Origin: Candidatus Omnitrophota bacterium
GTDB taxonomy: Bacteria; Omnitrophota; Gorgyraeia; 2-01-FULL-45-10
Direction of reading: 5' to 3'
DNA: 56,983 bases
Assembly: GCA_018823705.1 (NCBI GenBank)
Contig: JAHJHP010000081.1
Coordinates: 1-56,983 of the forward strand
Shown here: positions 43,160-52,903 of the stretch, piece after piece
How positions within the stretch are numbered: position 1 is the first letter of the stretch
How the letters are laid out: every line of letters begins with the position of its first letter
The notes under the pieces: generated by a model
What the model was told of the DNA's origin: nothing
Databases searched by the model: none
What the model saw: the letters and a program-made list of their open reading frames with translations, nothing else
Made by a program: the position numbers and the translations under genes

Positions 43160-45328
43160 TTATGATTGTCCGATCCCCGGGACCCTCTCCACCATTATCA
43201 ATGCGGCCAAAGAGCGGCTCCGTACCTTGAATTCCTTTTTACCGTCAAGCGATCTTGTCTCGCCATGCTCTTCATAAGTATCGATGACAAGTTCCCAGTA
43301 GGCATTATCCTTATAGCCCGGAAGCGTAAAGACGACGTCTTCATGCGATGCGTTCATCAGCAGGAGGAGTGTATCTCCTACGATCCGCTCGCCGTGCTCA
43401 TCGGTCTCCTGGATAGCGTCGCCCGCCAGGAGCACGCCCAGCGATTTGACATGAGGGGCGTTCCATGACGCATCGTTCATCTCGGTCCCGTCGGCATCGA
43501 TCCAGGTGATGTCCTTGATACCCGAGCCGCGGATAGGGCGTCCCTGAAAAAACTTTCTTCTCCGCAGTATAGGCTGCTCTCGCCATAAGCGGATAAGCCT
43601 GCCGGTAAAATGAAGGAGCTGCTTCTTCTCATCCGTAAGCTGCCAGTCGATCCAGCTCAGCTCATTATCCTGACAATAAGTGTTATTGTTTCCCTGCTTG
43701 GTCCTTCCTATCTCATCTCCGCCAAGGATCATAGGAACACCCTGAGACAGGAGGAGCGTTGCCAGAAAGTTCCTCTTCTGCCGCCTTCGAAGCGCGGCTA
43801 TCTCCGGATCGTCGCTGGGCCCTTCGACGCCGCAGTTCCAGCTGTAATTTTCGTTTGTTCCGTCCCCGTTATCACCGGCATTCGCCTCGTTATGCTTTTC
43901 ATTATAACTGACAAGATCCTCAAGCGTAAAACCGTCATGGCAGGTGACAAAGTTAATGCTCGCGTACGGCCGCCGTCCGCTCTGCTCGTACAGGTCACTG
44001 CTGCCGCTCAGGCGGGTCGCGAATTCTCCGGCCGTGCCTCCTCCGTCGCCCTTCCAGAACCGCCTTACCACATCACGATACCGCCCGTTCCATTCGGTCC
44101 ATCCGACGGGAAAATTGCCTACCTGATACCCGCCCTGCCCGAGGTCCCACGGCTCCGCTATCAGTTTGACCTGCGAAAGCACGGGGTCCTGGCAGATGAC
44201 GTCGAAGAACGCGCTGAGCCTGTTCACTTCGTATAGTTCCCTGGCGAGCGCGCTCGCCAGATCAAACCGGAAACCATCCACATGCATCTCGAGCACCCAG
44301 TAACGCAAACTATCCATGATCAGCTGAATGACCCGCGGATGCTGCATGTTGAGGGTATTGCCGCATCCGGTAAAATCCTCATAATACCGCTTATTTTTTC
44401 CGGAAAGGCGATAGTACGTAGCATTGTCCGCGCCGCGAAAGGATAAGGTCGGCCCCATCTGGCTGCCTTCCGCGGTATGATTATATACGACGTCAAGGAT
44501 CACTTCAATGCCGGCTTGATGGAACGCGTATACCATCTTTTTGAATTCATTGACGTCCTCCTGGACAACGGTCGAGGACGCATAACGCACATCGGGCGCA
44601 AAGAATGAAAGCGTATTGTATCCCCAATAATTGGTCAGCCCTTTTTCAACCAGATCCCTGTCATCCACATGGTGATGTATCGGCATCAGCTCTACGGCGG
44701 TGACGCCAAGCTCTTTAATATACTTTATAACGGTATCGGTCGCCAGGCCCGCATATGTGCCCCGGAGTCTCTCCGGCACTTGCGGATGCGTTTTTGTGAA
44801 CCCTTTTACATGGAGCTCATAGATAAACATCCGATGCCAGGGTATCGCCGGAGGCGCATCCTGCTTCCAGTCAAAACTTTGGTCGATAACGGCTCCCAGC
44901 GGCGCGAATATGGCATTGTCGCGTTTATCAAAAGAAAGGTCTTCTTTTGGGCTGCCGATCTCGTATCCGAACATCTCGTCGCTCCAGCTGACACGCCTGC
45001 CGATCGCCTTGGCATAGGGATCCAGGATAACCTTGTGCGCATTGAACCGATGGCCCGCTTCCGGCAGATACGGCCCATGGACCCGGTAACCGTAAAGCTG
45101 TCCGGGGCGCACGTCGGGAAGATAACAGTGCCAGACGCCGTCGGTATATTCCGGCATTACGATCCTGAGCGCCTCAGGCTTACTGTCAGCGGAGGTAAAG
45201 AGACAGACCTCCACTTTCTCGGCATTCTCTGAGAAAAGCGCGAAATTGACCCCCTGGCCATCCCAGAAAGCCCCCAGCGGGCCCGGGCGCCCGGGCCAGA
45301 CTCTCATCTTTGTCATAGCTCTGTCCAT
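43160..45328 (-). CDS. glgX: Glycogen debranching enzyme GlgX/TreX
   Basis: 722 aa. PLGAFWDGQGVNFALFS, DVVYNHT, GFRFDLA, AEPWD, VTCHDGFTL. Confidence 0.9.
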   Translation of the reverse strand: MDRAMTKMRVWPGRPGPLGAFWDGQGVNFALFSENAEKVEVCLFTSADSKPEALRIVMPEYTDGVWHCYLPDVRPGQLYGYRVHGPYLPEAGHRFNAHKVILDPYAKAIGRRVSWSDEMFGYEIGSPKEDLSFDKRDNAIFAPLGAVIDQSFDWKQDAPPAIPWHRMFIYELHVKGFTKTHPQVPERLRGTYAGLATDTVIKYIKELGVTAVELMPIHHHVDDRDLVEKGLTNYWGYNTLSFFAPDVRYASSTVVQEDVNEFKKMVYAFHQAGIEVILDVVYNHTAEGSQMGPTLSFRGADNATYYRLSGKNKRYYEDFTGCGNTLNMQHPRVIQLIMDSLRYWVLEMHVDGFRFDLASALARELYEVNRLSAFFDVICQDPVLSQVKLIAEPWDLGQGGYQVGNFPVGWTEWNGRYRDVVRRFWKGDGGGTAGEFATRLSGSSDLYEQSGRRPYASINFVTCHDGFTLEDLVSYNEKHNEANAGDNGDGTNENYSWNCGVEGPSDDPEIAALRRRQKRNFLATLLLSQGVPMILGGDEIGRTKQGNNNTYCQDNELSWIDWQLTDEKKQLLHFTGRLIRLWREQPILRRRKFFQGRPIRGSGIKDITWIDADGTEMNDASWNAPHVKSLGVLLAGDAIQETDEHGERIVGDTLLLLMNASHEDVVFTLPGYKDNAYWELVIDTYEEHGETRSLDGKKEFKVRSRSLAALIMVERVPGIGQS

Positions 45329-45467
45329 TGCCCTTATACAAAATAATATTTAACACGATATGGCACACTCATGAAGACATCCGCATCTTTAAGATCACGG
45401 AAGACCTGCAGAAATTCCTTTTCCGGTATTATGCCTTATTTTGTAACAGCTCAGTTCCAGAAGAGTC

Positions 45468-45574
45468 CTGTCATTGCGAGAAGGATGCTGTAAGACTGTT
45501 TTCCGACGAAGCAATCTCGTTTTTGGGATTGCTTCGTCAGCATACCGGCCAACCACAGCTTCCTCGCAATGACG
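45468..45574. repeat. Two dispersed-repeat units in inverted orientation (composite palindrome)
   Basis: CTGTCATTGCGAGAAGG...CGACGAAGCAATCT (45468-45517, inverted) facing GGATTGCTTCGTCAG...CCTCGCAATGACGG (45526-45574). Confidence 0.8.
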
Positions 45575-45613
45575 GTTCTTCCGTCGAGTTATTTCTGAAG
45601 CTGAGCTGTTACC

Positions 45614-46579
45614 CTATTTTGTATGTTTCAGGCCTTTTAAATACTTATAATAATCGCTATCCGTGGTCAGGATAATAGTAGAATTCTCATCGATCGTATG
45701 TTTATAAGTCTCAAGAGTCTTCAGGAACGAATAGAAATCAGCGTCCTGGGTGTACGCCTGGGCATACAAACTGATCGCTTCGGCATCCGCCATTCCTACG
45801 ATACCTTGCGCCTGGCGATAGGCCTCTGAGGTAATAAGTTTTAATTCTTTGCCTACCTGCCCCTCTATTTCAGCGGATTTTCCCAGGCCCTCTGAACGAT
45901 ATTTTTCCGCGGCGCGTTTTCTCTCGGCGATCATCCTATCGTAGACCTTATTGCGCACATCGTCTACGTAATTAACGCGCTTAATGCGCACATCTACGAT
46001 ATCGATTCCATACTGAGGGGCAAGGACTTTTGCCTTTTCCAGGATAGCTCGCGTAAGTTGCTGCCTGCCTACCTCAAGGCGCTCAAGCGCCTCTTCGCTG
46101 ACGATCGCGTCCTCCCCTAATTCTTTAGCCTCCAGGATACGGTTTGTGTTCCGCACCGCTTCGACCAAAAGATGATTTGTAACAGCGTCCCTGGTCGCCG
46201 AGTTGATGATATCGTCTAATCGGCTGTTTGCGCTCATCTCATTACCTACTGACTGTAAGAATTTAAGGGCATCGACTACCTTCCAGCGCGCGGTAGTATC
46301 CACCCAGATATATTTCTTGTCCCTGGTCGGGATCTGATTGGGATCTCCGTCCCAGTCAAGAAGCCTCTTTTCGAAATAATCTGCCTGCTGAATGAAAGGT
46401 ATCTTATAATGCAGCCCCGCGGAGGTTATCGGCTGCCCCACCGGCTTGCCAAACTGCGTAATGACTACCTGTTTGGTTTCATCGACTATAAACAACGCGC
46501 CGCTCACGAACGCAACTATTACTAAAATACATACGCCCGCGAAAAAACCTAAAATTGGCCCCAGTATTCCCTTTTTCAT
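45614..46579 (-). CDS. hflC: SPFH/band-7 protease modulator HflC
   Basis: 321 aa. N-terminal TM then FIVDETKQVVITQFGKP. 4-nt overlap with hflK. Confidence 0.8.
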   Translation of the reverse strand: MKKGILGPILGFFAGVCILVIVAFVSGALFIVDETKQVVITQFGKPVGQPITSAGLHYKIPFIQQADYFEKRLLDWDGDPNQIPTRDKKYIWVDTTARWKVVDALKFLQSVGNEMSANSRLDDIINSATRDAVTNHLLVEAVRNTNRILEAKELGEDAIVSEEALERLEVGRQQLTRAILEKAKVLAPQYGIDIVDVRIKRVNYVDDVRNKVYDRMIAERKRAAEKYRSEGLGKSAEIEGQVGKELKLITSEAYRQAQGIVGMADAEAISLYAQAYTQDADFYSFLKTLETYKHTIDENSTIILTTDSDYYKYLKGLKHTK

Positions 46580-47580
46580 TTTTTTACCTCTCTTGTCGCG
46601 CCTAAATTTAACAATGGTAAGATCGAAGACTGCTGAGGATCTATGATATATTTATCTCTTGCCTTAGGCAAAACCTCCATTAACGTCTCTAAGTATAATC
46701 TTTTCTGAGTTATCTCCGGCACTTTTTTATATTCAGCCAAAGTCGCCAGAAATCTCTCGGCTTCGCCCTTGGCGCGGTTTATCTTATCCAGGGAATAACC
46801 TTCTGCCTCACGAATAGTCTTTTCTGCCGTGCCCTTGGCCTTTGGGATAACCTTATTGTAAGCTTCCCAGGCCTGGTTGATCATCTTCTCTTTTTCCTGC
46901 TTGGCTTCATTTACCTCGTTAAAAGCCGCCTTTACCTTTTCAGGCGGATTCACATCCAATAGCTTTACCGTCACAACCTTAATACCCACCTGATAGTCAT
47001 CTAAAATTTTCTGCATTTCAACCTGCGCCAGATGGTCTATCTCTTCTCTCTTTATGGTGAGGACCTCATCCACGCTGTAATCTCCGACAAGCCGGCGCAT
47101 CACTACCTCAGAAATATCGCGTATAGTATCTACGGGATCTCGAACCGCAAAAAGCAGCTTTGTGGGGTCCTGTATCTTAAACTGCACGATCCAGCGCACA
47201 TCTAAAATGTTCAAATCTCCTGTGAGCATTATAGATTCTTCAGGGTACTCCGCGGAAGAATGCGCTGTGCTTGCCCCTGCGCGCAAGGTCCTGACCCCGA
47301 ACTCTTCTTTAAAGATCTTCTTCACCTTAACGGGAGTAACTTTATCGATACCAAAAGGTATCTTTGTGTGTAAACCCGGCGAACTTTGGCCGATGTATTT
47401 GCCAAACCTTTGGATCACGCCTACCTCATCCGGCCCTATAGAATAAATTACCCCCTTCAGTCCTATCAGAAGAAAGAAAGTAAGTATCACCCAGGGCAGA
47501 AACTTCAAAAGATTGCTAAATTGTTCCTTCCCCACATCTATGATCTGTTCCGGATTTGGGATATTGTCTTTCCATTCCAT
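46576..47580 (-). CDS. hflK: SPFH/band-7 protease modulator HflK
   Basis: 334 aa. TM, VGVIQRFGKY, C-terminal coiled coil. Confidence 0.8.
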   Translation of the reverse strand: MEWKDNIPNPEQIIDVGKEQFSNLLKFLPWVILTFFLLIGLKGVIYSIGPDEVGVIQRFGKYIGQSSPGLHTKIPFGIDKVTPVKVKKIFKEEFGVRTLRAGASTAHSSAEYPEESIMLTGDLNILDVRWIVQFKIQDPTKLLFAVRDPVDTIRDISEVVMRRLVGDYSVDEVLTIKREEIDHLAQVEMQKILDDYQVGIKVVTVKLLDVNPPEKVKAAFNEVNEAKQEKEKMINQAWEAYNKVIPKAKGTAEKTIREAEGYSLDKINRAKGEAERFLATLAEYKKVPEITQKRLYLETLMEVLPKARDKYIIDPQQSSILPLLNLGATREVKK

Positions 47581-47581
47581 A

Positions 47582-48658
47582 TTATACTACCTCCTTTTTT
47601 TCAGAATCAGCCGTATTCACGTAGAGAGTCTGCGTGGGATAAGCAAATTCGATCCCTCTTTTTTCGAACTCCTCCCTGATAACGAAATTAATCTCCTGCT
47701 GGACATCCATGTACTTATTGTAATCGGCGCCGACCACATAATATACGATCTCGAATATCAGGCTGAAATCACCGTAAGAAAAGAAGTGAGCGCGGTCAAA
47801 AATCACATCTTTGACGTTTTTTATGACGCCTTCCATTATCCCCGGTATCTCCTTCAATTGTTTTGTGGATGTCTGATAAACTACCCCTAATTTGAATACG
47901 ACGCGCCTCTTCTTCATCAACTTATAATTCCGCAGACGCGAATCCGTAAGGTCGGAGTTGGAAAATATCAGCACCTCGCCGCCCAGGCTGCGTATGCGCG
48001 TGGTTTTTATGCCTATATACTCTATCGTGCCCATATAATCCCCGGCTATAATAAAATCTCCGATCTTAAAAGGCCTGTCGAAAATTATGGAAAAATAACT
48101 GAAGAGGTCTTTCAGGATAGCCTGTGCGGCCAACGCCACAGCTACGCCGCCTATACCCAGGCCTGCGATAACCGCCGAGATTTTAAAGCCAAGATTGTCC
48201 AGAAAGAATATGATCGCCCCGCCCCAGGCCAATATTTTTATAACTACCAGTATTCCCTGAATGCTGTGCTCAAACGCCGCGTCATAACCGCTTTTGACCA
48301 GATATGTCTTGAGGCCATATTCGACAAGCATGATCACAAAGCGAACGACGAAAACGACCACTATAGCCAAGCCGAAATAATTCATGCCTCTTTCAAGATA
48401 AGGATGGAAAGCAAGGCTCTTTATGGATATATAAACGGCGAGAAGATACAAAAAAGGCACGGCAAGCTTTTCGAGGACAATCACCAGAAAATCATCTATT
48501 GTTGTGGCGGTCTTTTCGGAGATCTTTTTGATATGTTTTATAATATGGCGTATGACGATCTTAATGATAAGAAAGCTGACCAATAACGCGATGACTGCCG
48601 TTAAATAATCCGATATCTTATTTCCCAAAAAGTAGTAACCAAGGATCGATATGTTCAT
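47582..48658 (-). CDS. MscS-family mechanosensitive channel
   Basis: 358 aa with 4-5 TM helices. Pore/beta-domain region FDRPFKIGDFI..G.IE.IG...T. Confidence 0.85.
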   Translation of the reverse strand: MNISILGYYFLGNKISDYLTAVIALLVSFLIIKIVIRHIIKHIKKISEKTATTIDDFLVIVLEKLAVPFLYLLAVYISIKSLAFHPYLERGMNYFGLAIVVVFVVRFVIMLVEYGLKTYLVKSGYDAAFEHSIQGILVVIKILAWGGAIIFFLDNLGFKISAVIAGLGIGGVAVALAAQAILKDLFSYFSIIFDRPFKIGDFIIAGDYMGTIEYIGIKTTRIRSLGGEVLIFSNSDLTDSRLRNYKLMKKRRVVFKLGVVYQTSTKQLKEIPGIMEGVIKNVKDVIFDRAHFFSYGDFSLIFEIVYYVVGADYNKYMDVQQEINFVIREEFEKRGIEFAYPTQTLYVNTADSEKKEVV

Positions 48659-48727
48659 ATTTTCCCCGTCTATTTTTAATAAAAAACCACCGTCCGATTA
48701 TTCCCCTATAACGCGGAGGAGCTCACG

Positions 48728-49903
48728 TTAAACGATTATATCTCCCGCCTTCCGCAAAGCATATTTTGTAAGCAAGGGGCCGAATAATTCGTAAATAACG
48801 GTAGTCGCCACTATGGTGGTAAAGATTATATTCCCGACCTCCGGAAAATCATTTTTGGCGATAAGCGCGCAACCCAAAGCGACGCCTGCCTGAGGGACCA
48901 GCGCATAACTAAGGTACTTTCTCACACTTGTTGAGGCATGAGCAATCCTTGCTCCCAGGTTTGCCCCAAGCATCTTACCCACTACCCTGAAAATAAGATA
49001 AAACAGCCCGAGCATACCGATACTGCCCAATACTTGCACCTCTAAATTTGCCCCGGCCAGGACAAAAAAAAGCAGGAATAGCGGCGAGGCTATCATCTTT
49101 AAACTGTCGAAGAATTTGAACGAATATCGGTTGATATTGACCAATACCGTCCCTAAAAACATGCTGGCCAAAAGAACGGACAAATTGAGCCAGATAGCAA
49201 TGCCGATATTAATAAATACCAGGCCCATGGTAAGTATCAGCAGCTCTGTCGGCGTATGTATAAATCTGTACAATACGGACAGGAGGAACGCCGATAAAGC
49301 GCCCAGCACAAATGCGCCGCCTATGCTTAATAGTGACTCCCCCAATACTTTCAACAGGAAAAACGGCGCTACCTGATACGCGTAGATCGCCTGCGCTATC
49401 GCCAGCGAAACAGCGAATATTATAAGGCACCAGGCATCATCAATCGCTACCACGCCTAAAAGCGTATCGGTAAAATTACCTTTTGCCCGGTATTCTCTTA
49501 TCACCATGACCGTTGCGGCAGGAGCGGTCGCGGATGCGATCGAGCCGAAGAGCATGGACAGATAAAACGGCTGCCGTAATATCAGATAAAATATCGCTGT
49601 GACCAGTATCCACGCCCCACAGGCCTCCAGCACGGAGATCCATAATACCGATCTTCCTATGCGGCGCATCTGATATCTCGAAAAATTCTGGCCGATACCG
49701 AAAGCGATAATGCCTAATACTATATTTGAGATCAATCCGGAAGAGGCCAGTACTGCCTTAGGCACGACCTTCAATAATGACGGCCCGATTATGATACCCA
49801 ATAACAGGTAAGCGGTTACCGCGGGGAAACCAATCTTCTTTACCAACTTTGCGGATAACAGGCCCGCAAACAGAATGAACCCTAATCCGAGGACCGTATT
49901 CAT
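48728..49903 (-). CDS. Cation:proton antiporter (CPA1/CPA2, Kef/Nha-like membrane domain)
   Basis: 391 aa with about 11-12 TM helices, a Na_H_exchanger-like pattern, and no KTN domain. Confidence 0.75.
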   Translation of the reverse strand: MNTVLGLGFILFAGLLSAKLVKKIGFPAVTAYLLLGIIIGPSLLKVVPKAVLASSGLISNIVLGIIAFGIGQNFSRYQMRRIGRSVLWISVLEACGAWILVTAIFYLILRQPFYLSMLFGSIASATAPAATVMVIREYRAKGNFTDTLLGVVAIDDAWCLIIFAVSLAIAQAIYAYQVAPFFLLKVLGESLLSIGGAFVLGALSAFLLSVLYRFIHTPTELLILTMGLVFINIGIAIWLNLSVLLASMFLGTVLVNINRYSFKFFDSLKMIASPLFLLFFVLAGANLEVQVLGSIGMLGLFYLIFRVVGKMLGANLGARIAHASTSVRKYLSYALVPQAGVALGCALIAKNDFPEVGNIIFTTIVATTVIYELFGPLLTKYALRKAGDIIV

Positions 49904-50370
49904 TAAATGATCCCCTTGTGACGGAAAACCGCCTTAAGAATATCGAATACGCCGATCCTGCCTACCAGCTTGCCCGCTTTGTCAGTAACGGCAAGCTCTT
50001 CTTTCAAGTGCAGTCTCATCAGATCATAAGCTTCCTCCACCAGGGTGTCGTCCGTAAGAGAGACGTATTCATGCTCCATAAGATCTTCGACAACCACCAG
50101 GTCTCCTATTCCCTCTGAGACATCTATTTTGAATATGTCCTGATCTTCTTCGTCCAGGAAGGGTACCAGCCTCAATACATCGGGATGGTATGACCGGAAT
50201 GCGTCTATCAGATTGCGGAACGAAACAACACCCACGAGGCGGTTATTTTCTTCGATAACCGGTACCAGAGGAAATATATGAAAATTCTTAAAGCTATTCA
50301 GGAGCTCTCTTAGCTTGGTAGAACGTTTTGCTGAAATAACATCTGTTGACATCACTTCCCTTACTTGCAT
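49903..50370 (-). CDS. CBS-pair domain protein
   Basis: 155 aa with two CBS repeats (VMSTDVIS.., LMEHEYVSL..). 1-nt overlap with the antiporter gene. Confidence 0.8.
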   Translation of the reverse strand: MQVREVMSTDVISAKRSTKLRELLNSFKNFHIFPLVPVIEENNRLVGVVSFRNLIDAFRSYHPDVLRLVPFLDEEDQDIFKIDVSEGIGDLVVVEDLMEHEYVSLTDDTLVEEAYDLMRLHLKEELAVTDKAGKLVGRIGVFDILKAVFRHKGII

Positions 50371-50506
50371 TATCTGCTCCTTAAGCTGAAGGCGTGCAAT
50401 AAAAAACTGACGAACTTGCTAAGTTAAATCCTGTCTTACAAACTCCCGCCCGGATTAAACAGCAGGCACTCGTCCCGTAAGAGTGCCTGCCGCGTATAAA
50501 AAAATA

Positions 50507-50902
50507 TTACTTCTTCTCGTAAATCGATAAGACATCCCCTGTCACGGGATCTACAAACACCCATATGTCTTTCTTGGCATCTTCATAAAAATCGAAATAT
50601 ACGGCCTGGTACTTGTAGTTTTCGAGTATACCGTGAGGCAGGTAACCGTGATTATTGTCATTTGGCATCTTCAATACATACAGACCCCAATCCTCCCATG
50701 TTTTATTGCTCTCATCATAGAGAATATTGCAATCGACAACAATTACGCCCTTTTCTGCCAGTGTTTTCTTAGCCTTGTCTATGATCTCTTCCTTGCTGAG
50801 ATCTGCCGCTAACGCAAACGACGAAAAACCTAATACCACTATCACTGCGATTACCGCCAGCCTGGACAACATCTTCATCCTCTCCTCCTTCTTTTTCTGC
50901 AC
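50507..50902 (-). CDS. Small secreted protein (PepSY-like?)
   Basis: 131 aa with a signal peptide (FALA-AD). Hairpin GCAGGCACTC/GAGTGCCTGC (50462-50490) downstream. Confidence 0.55.
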   Translation of the reverse strand: MQKKKEERMKMLSRLAVIAVIVVLGFSSFALAADLSKEEIIDKAKKTLAEKGVIVVDCNILYDESNKTWEDWGLYVLKMPNDNNHGYLPHGILENYKYQAVYFDFYEDAKKDIWVFVDPVTGDVLSIYEKK

Positions 50903-51062
50903 CTACCGACGTTCGATCATAGACATTTTTCATACCGCAAAATCGCCTATGACCGGCCCTCTATCGACCTGTAATCAATTTAACATCATAGGCCATGCCT
51001 TGTCAACATCCTTTACTTTCCATCTATCAAGAATGCCGGGTAAGGGGGCTCTTGTTTATACT

Positions 51063-51761
51063 CTACCACGATTCGTTAACTGACTTAGAATATTCATCTT
51101 CCGGCATAAGCGGCTTATCGAGCTCCGCCTGAAGATCATCCGGGATCTTTCGCTTCGTGGCTATCTCTTTGCCGGCGCGCCTCAGAAGATCTTTGTAATC
51201 GCTGAGCACCGGCTTAAGTTCCGGAGATTCCGAGGTCAATAACGGCCCCTGCCCTCTGTAGATCTGCGCGATTATCTCGGCCTTGTTATTGCGGATACGG
51301 CGCTCGCAAGCCAGTCGTAATACCGCGAATTGGTCCTTCTCGGGGAATCCGCAGTTAGACACCCAGACGATCGCCGGGTATTTGCCATAGCGCGCCGCGT
51401 GGCGCGTCTGGCCCGCGTCACCCATCTCGAACTGCGGGCAGACAAGCGGAATGCTCCTGTCCATAAAATCCTTCATGATCCCGGTCACGTGATCGATATA
51501 GAGGGGGCTCGCCATGATAACTATGTCGGATGCCATATACGATTTAAGAAGGCTCTCCATGTCATCCTTTAAGACGCATTTGCCCGGCGTCTTCGTCCAG
51601 CATGTAAAGCATCCGATGCAGTGGCCTATCTTCTTCCCGGCCAATAAAACGTTTTCCGTCGCGGCCCCCGCCTGCGCCGCTCCTTCCAGGAGCGCTGATA
51701 CCATTACATGGGTGTTGCCGCGATCGGCTTTGGGACTTCCGTTAAATGCGGATATCTTCAT
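51063..51761 (-). CDS. Flavodoxin-like FMN reductase / iron-sulfur flavoprotein family
   Basis: Start taken at MKISAFNGSPK behind GAGGAGG; the track N-terminal extension is a translated repeat element. CIGCFTCW cysteine cluster. Confidence 0.7.
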   Translation of the reverse strand: MKISAFNGSPKADRGNTHVMVSALLEGAAQAGAATENVLLAGKKIGHCIGCFTCWTKTPGKCVLKDDMESLLKSYMASDIVIMASPLYIDHVTGIMKDFMDRSIPLVCPQFEMGDAGQTRHAARYGKYPAIVWVSNCGFPEKDQFAVLRLACERRIRNNKAEIIAQIYRGQGPLLTSESPELKPVLSDYKDLLRRAGKEIATKRKIPDDLQAELDKPLMPEDEYSKSVNESW

Positions 51762-51775
51762 CAAATACCTCCTCA

Positions 51776-51882
51776 GTAATCGATTTGGAAATTGGTGCCT
51801 GGTGCCGGTGCCTGGTGCCATCCTACTTGGGGACACCCTGAAATTGACAGGGTGGCACTTTGTGGGATGGCACCGACTTTGA
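51776..51882 (+). repeat. Structured repeat R, copy 1
   Basis: GTAATCG..GGTGCCTGGTGCC (duplicated 13-mer) ATCCTACTTGGGGACACCCTGAAATTGACAGGGTGGCACTTTGTGGGATGGCACCGACTTTGA. Hairpin arms at 51814-51823 and 51865-51874. Confidence 0.85.
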
Positions 51883-51908
51883 TTAATTTACACAATATAT
51901 TTATTCTA

Positions 51909-52592
51909 TTATTCTTCCAAAAGACGCAATAGATCTTCTTTTTCCATCTTTTTTAAGCATTTCAATACTTTTTTCCGCCAGGCCGGTAATATTGAATCAA
52001 ATGTTATTTTTATGACCGCCTTCTGCCCTTTGTCCAACACCGCCTTTAAAATCCGCAGCGCTCCTTCGATATCCTTAGCGGCTTTATCTTTGTTTCTTCT
52101 TAGCGTAGCTATTATTAGTTTATGGAATGCAAATACTACCGGATGTGGCAAAGAGATTTTAATTCCAGCGATTTCCGTATGAATAATTTTCTGGGTAAGC
52201 AGGCTTAGATACCTGAGAGGCTGGGCATTAATGCCCAGTTCTTTTAATGGAAATGGCTTATTAGAACCTCGGCCTTTCTCAGGAACCAGAAATTCTATGG
52301 CGAGCTCCGGGTGTTCCAGTCTTATATAGCCTTCTCTTCCTTGGAAACCCACCACAAACCCAAGGTCTTTTAATAACTCAACCACATCAACCTTGGCCTT
52401 GATCCTAATACGCCCAGGAACCATAAAATCAACGTCTCTTGTCCTTATAGAGGTTGCATATTTTATAGTCTTAAAGTAATCCTTATAGAATGGTATGCAC
52501 CAACTACCCACAAGAATGAGATCCTTTAATACCCCTGCTTTATTTAACCTACGAAGGATCTCAACGCACAACTCATATTGCTTCTTTTCCAC
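51909..52592 (-). CDS. Nucleotidyltransferase-fold protein (GSU2403/NTP_transf_8-like)
   Basis: 227 aa. LILVGSWCIPFY...TRDVDFMV fits a degenerate GS-x(n)-D-x-D NTase motif. 20-nt overlap with the upstream small gene. Confidence 0.55.
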   Translation of the reverse strand: MEKKQYELCVEILRRLNKAGVLKDLILVGSWCIPFYKDYFKTIKYATSIRTRDVDFMVPGRIRIKAKVDVVELLKDLGFVVGFQGREGYIRLEHPELAIEFLVPEKGRGSNKPFPLKELGINAQPLRYLSLLTQKIIHTEIAGIKISLPHPVVFAFHKLIIATLRRNKDKAAKDIEGALRILKAVLDKGQKAVIKITFDSILPAWRKKVLKCLKKMEKEDLLRLLEE

Positions 52593-52893
52593 GTAAAGAA
52601 CTCCTTAGATATTTAACCTGTTTTTTTACCTGCGATAATAATTTGCGATACTTGGCTCTATATTCTTTAACCTCTTTGTATCTTTTTACCTCTTCTTTTG
52701 GTACCGCACCCTTATAAACGTATTTTAACTTGCCCTTCTCTCTACTGACTAGATAGTAATACTTATGCCCCTTTATCTTCTTTACGGATAGACATCCTTT
52801 TGGCAGTTTTCTAAGCGCAGCATCATACTCCTTCTCCATACGCAGAGAATTCTGCAATTCTTCGGCTAAAGCTCCTTTAATTACACCTCTCAT
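52573..52893 (-). CDS. Small basic protein, first gene of NTase cassette g (antitoxin/regulator candidate)
   Basis: ATG at 52893 behind GGAGGA; the track start at 52956 is a TTG lying inside the -35 box. 106 aa. KKIKGHKYYYLVSREKGKLKYVYKG beta-hairpin-like motif plus a basic coiled coil. Confidence 0.6.
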   Translation of the reverse strand: MRGVIKGALAEELQNSLRMEKEYDAALRKLPKGCLSVKKIKGHKYYYLVSREKGKLKYVYKGAVPKEEVKRYKEVKEYRAKYRKLLSQVKKQVKYLRSSLRGKEAI

Positions 52894-52903
52894 GTTTCCT
52901 CCA

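Noticed and set aside
45328-45675. 115-aa plus-strand ORF in the glgX-hflC spacer
   Set aside because: Its sequence (..CHCEKDAVRLFSDEAIS..LLRQHTGQPQLPRNDG..) is the translation of the dispersed CATTGCGAG/GAAGCAATC repeat units, and it runs antisense into hflC. It has no RBS.
51762-51836. N-terminal extensions proposed by the ORF track: flavoprotein at 51836, small cassette gene at 52956, PDGLE at 54328, permease at 29874, ORF6N at 7035, HTH at 25295, PNPOx at 9414, W-rich protein at 10501
   Set aside because: Each extension either translates a repeat or promoter element, overlaps the upstream gene extensively, or uses TTG/GTG without an SD. An internal ATG (or a coupled GTG) with a good SD gives a protein matching family N-termini.
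51855-51875. Sigma-54 promoter (TGGCAC-N5-TTGC) inside the R element and the 6993 palindrome
   Set aside because: TGGCAC is present, but the -12 element is GGGA, GTGA or GATC rather than TTGC. No enhancer-binding protein is nearby.
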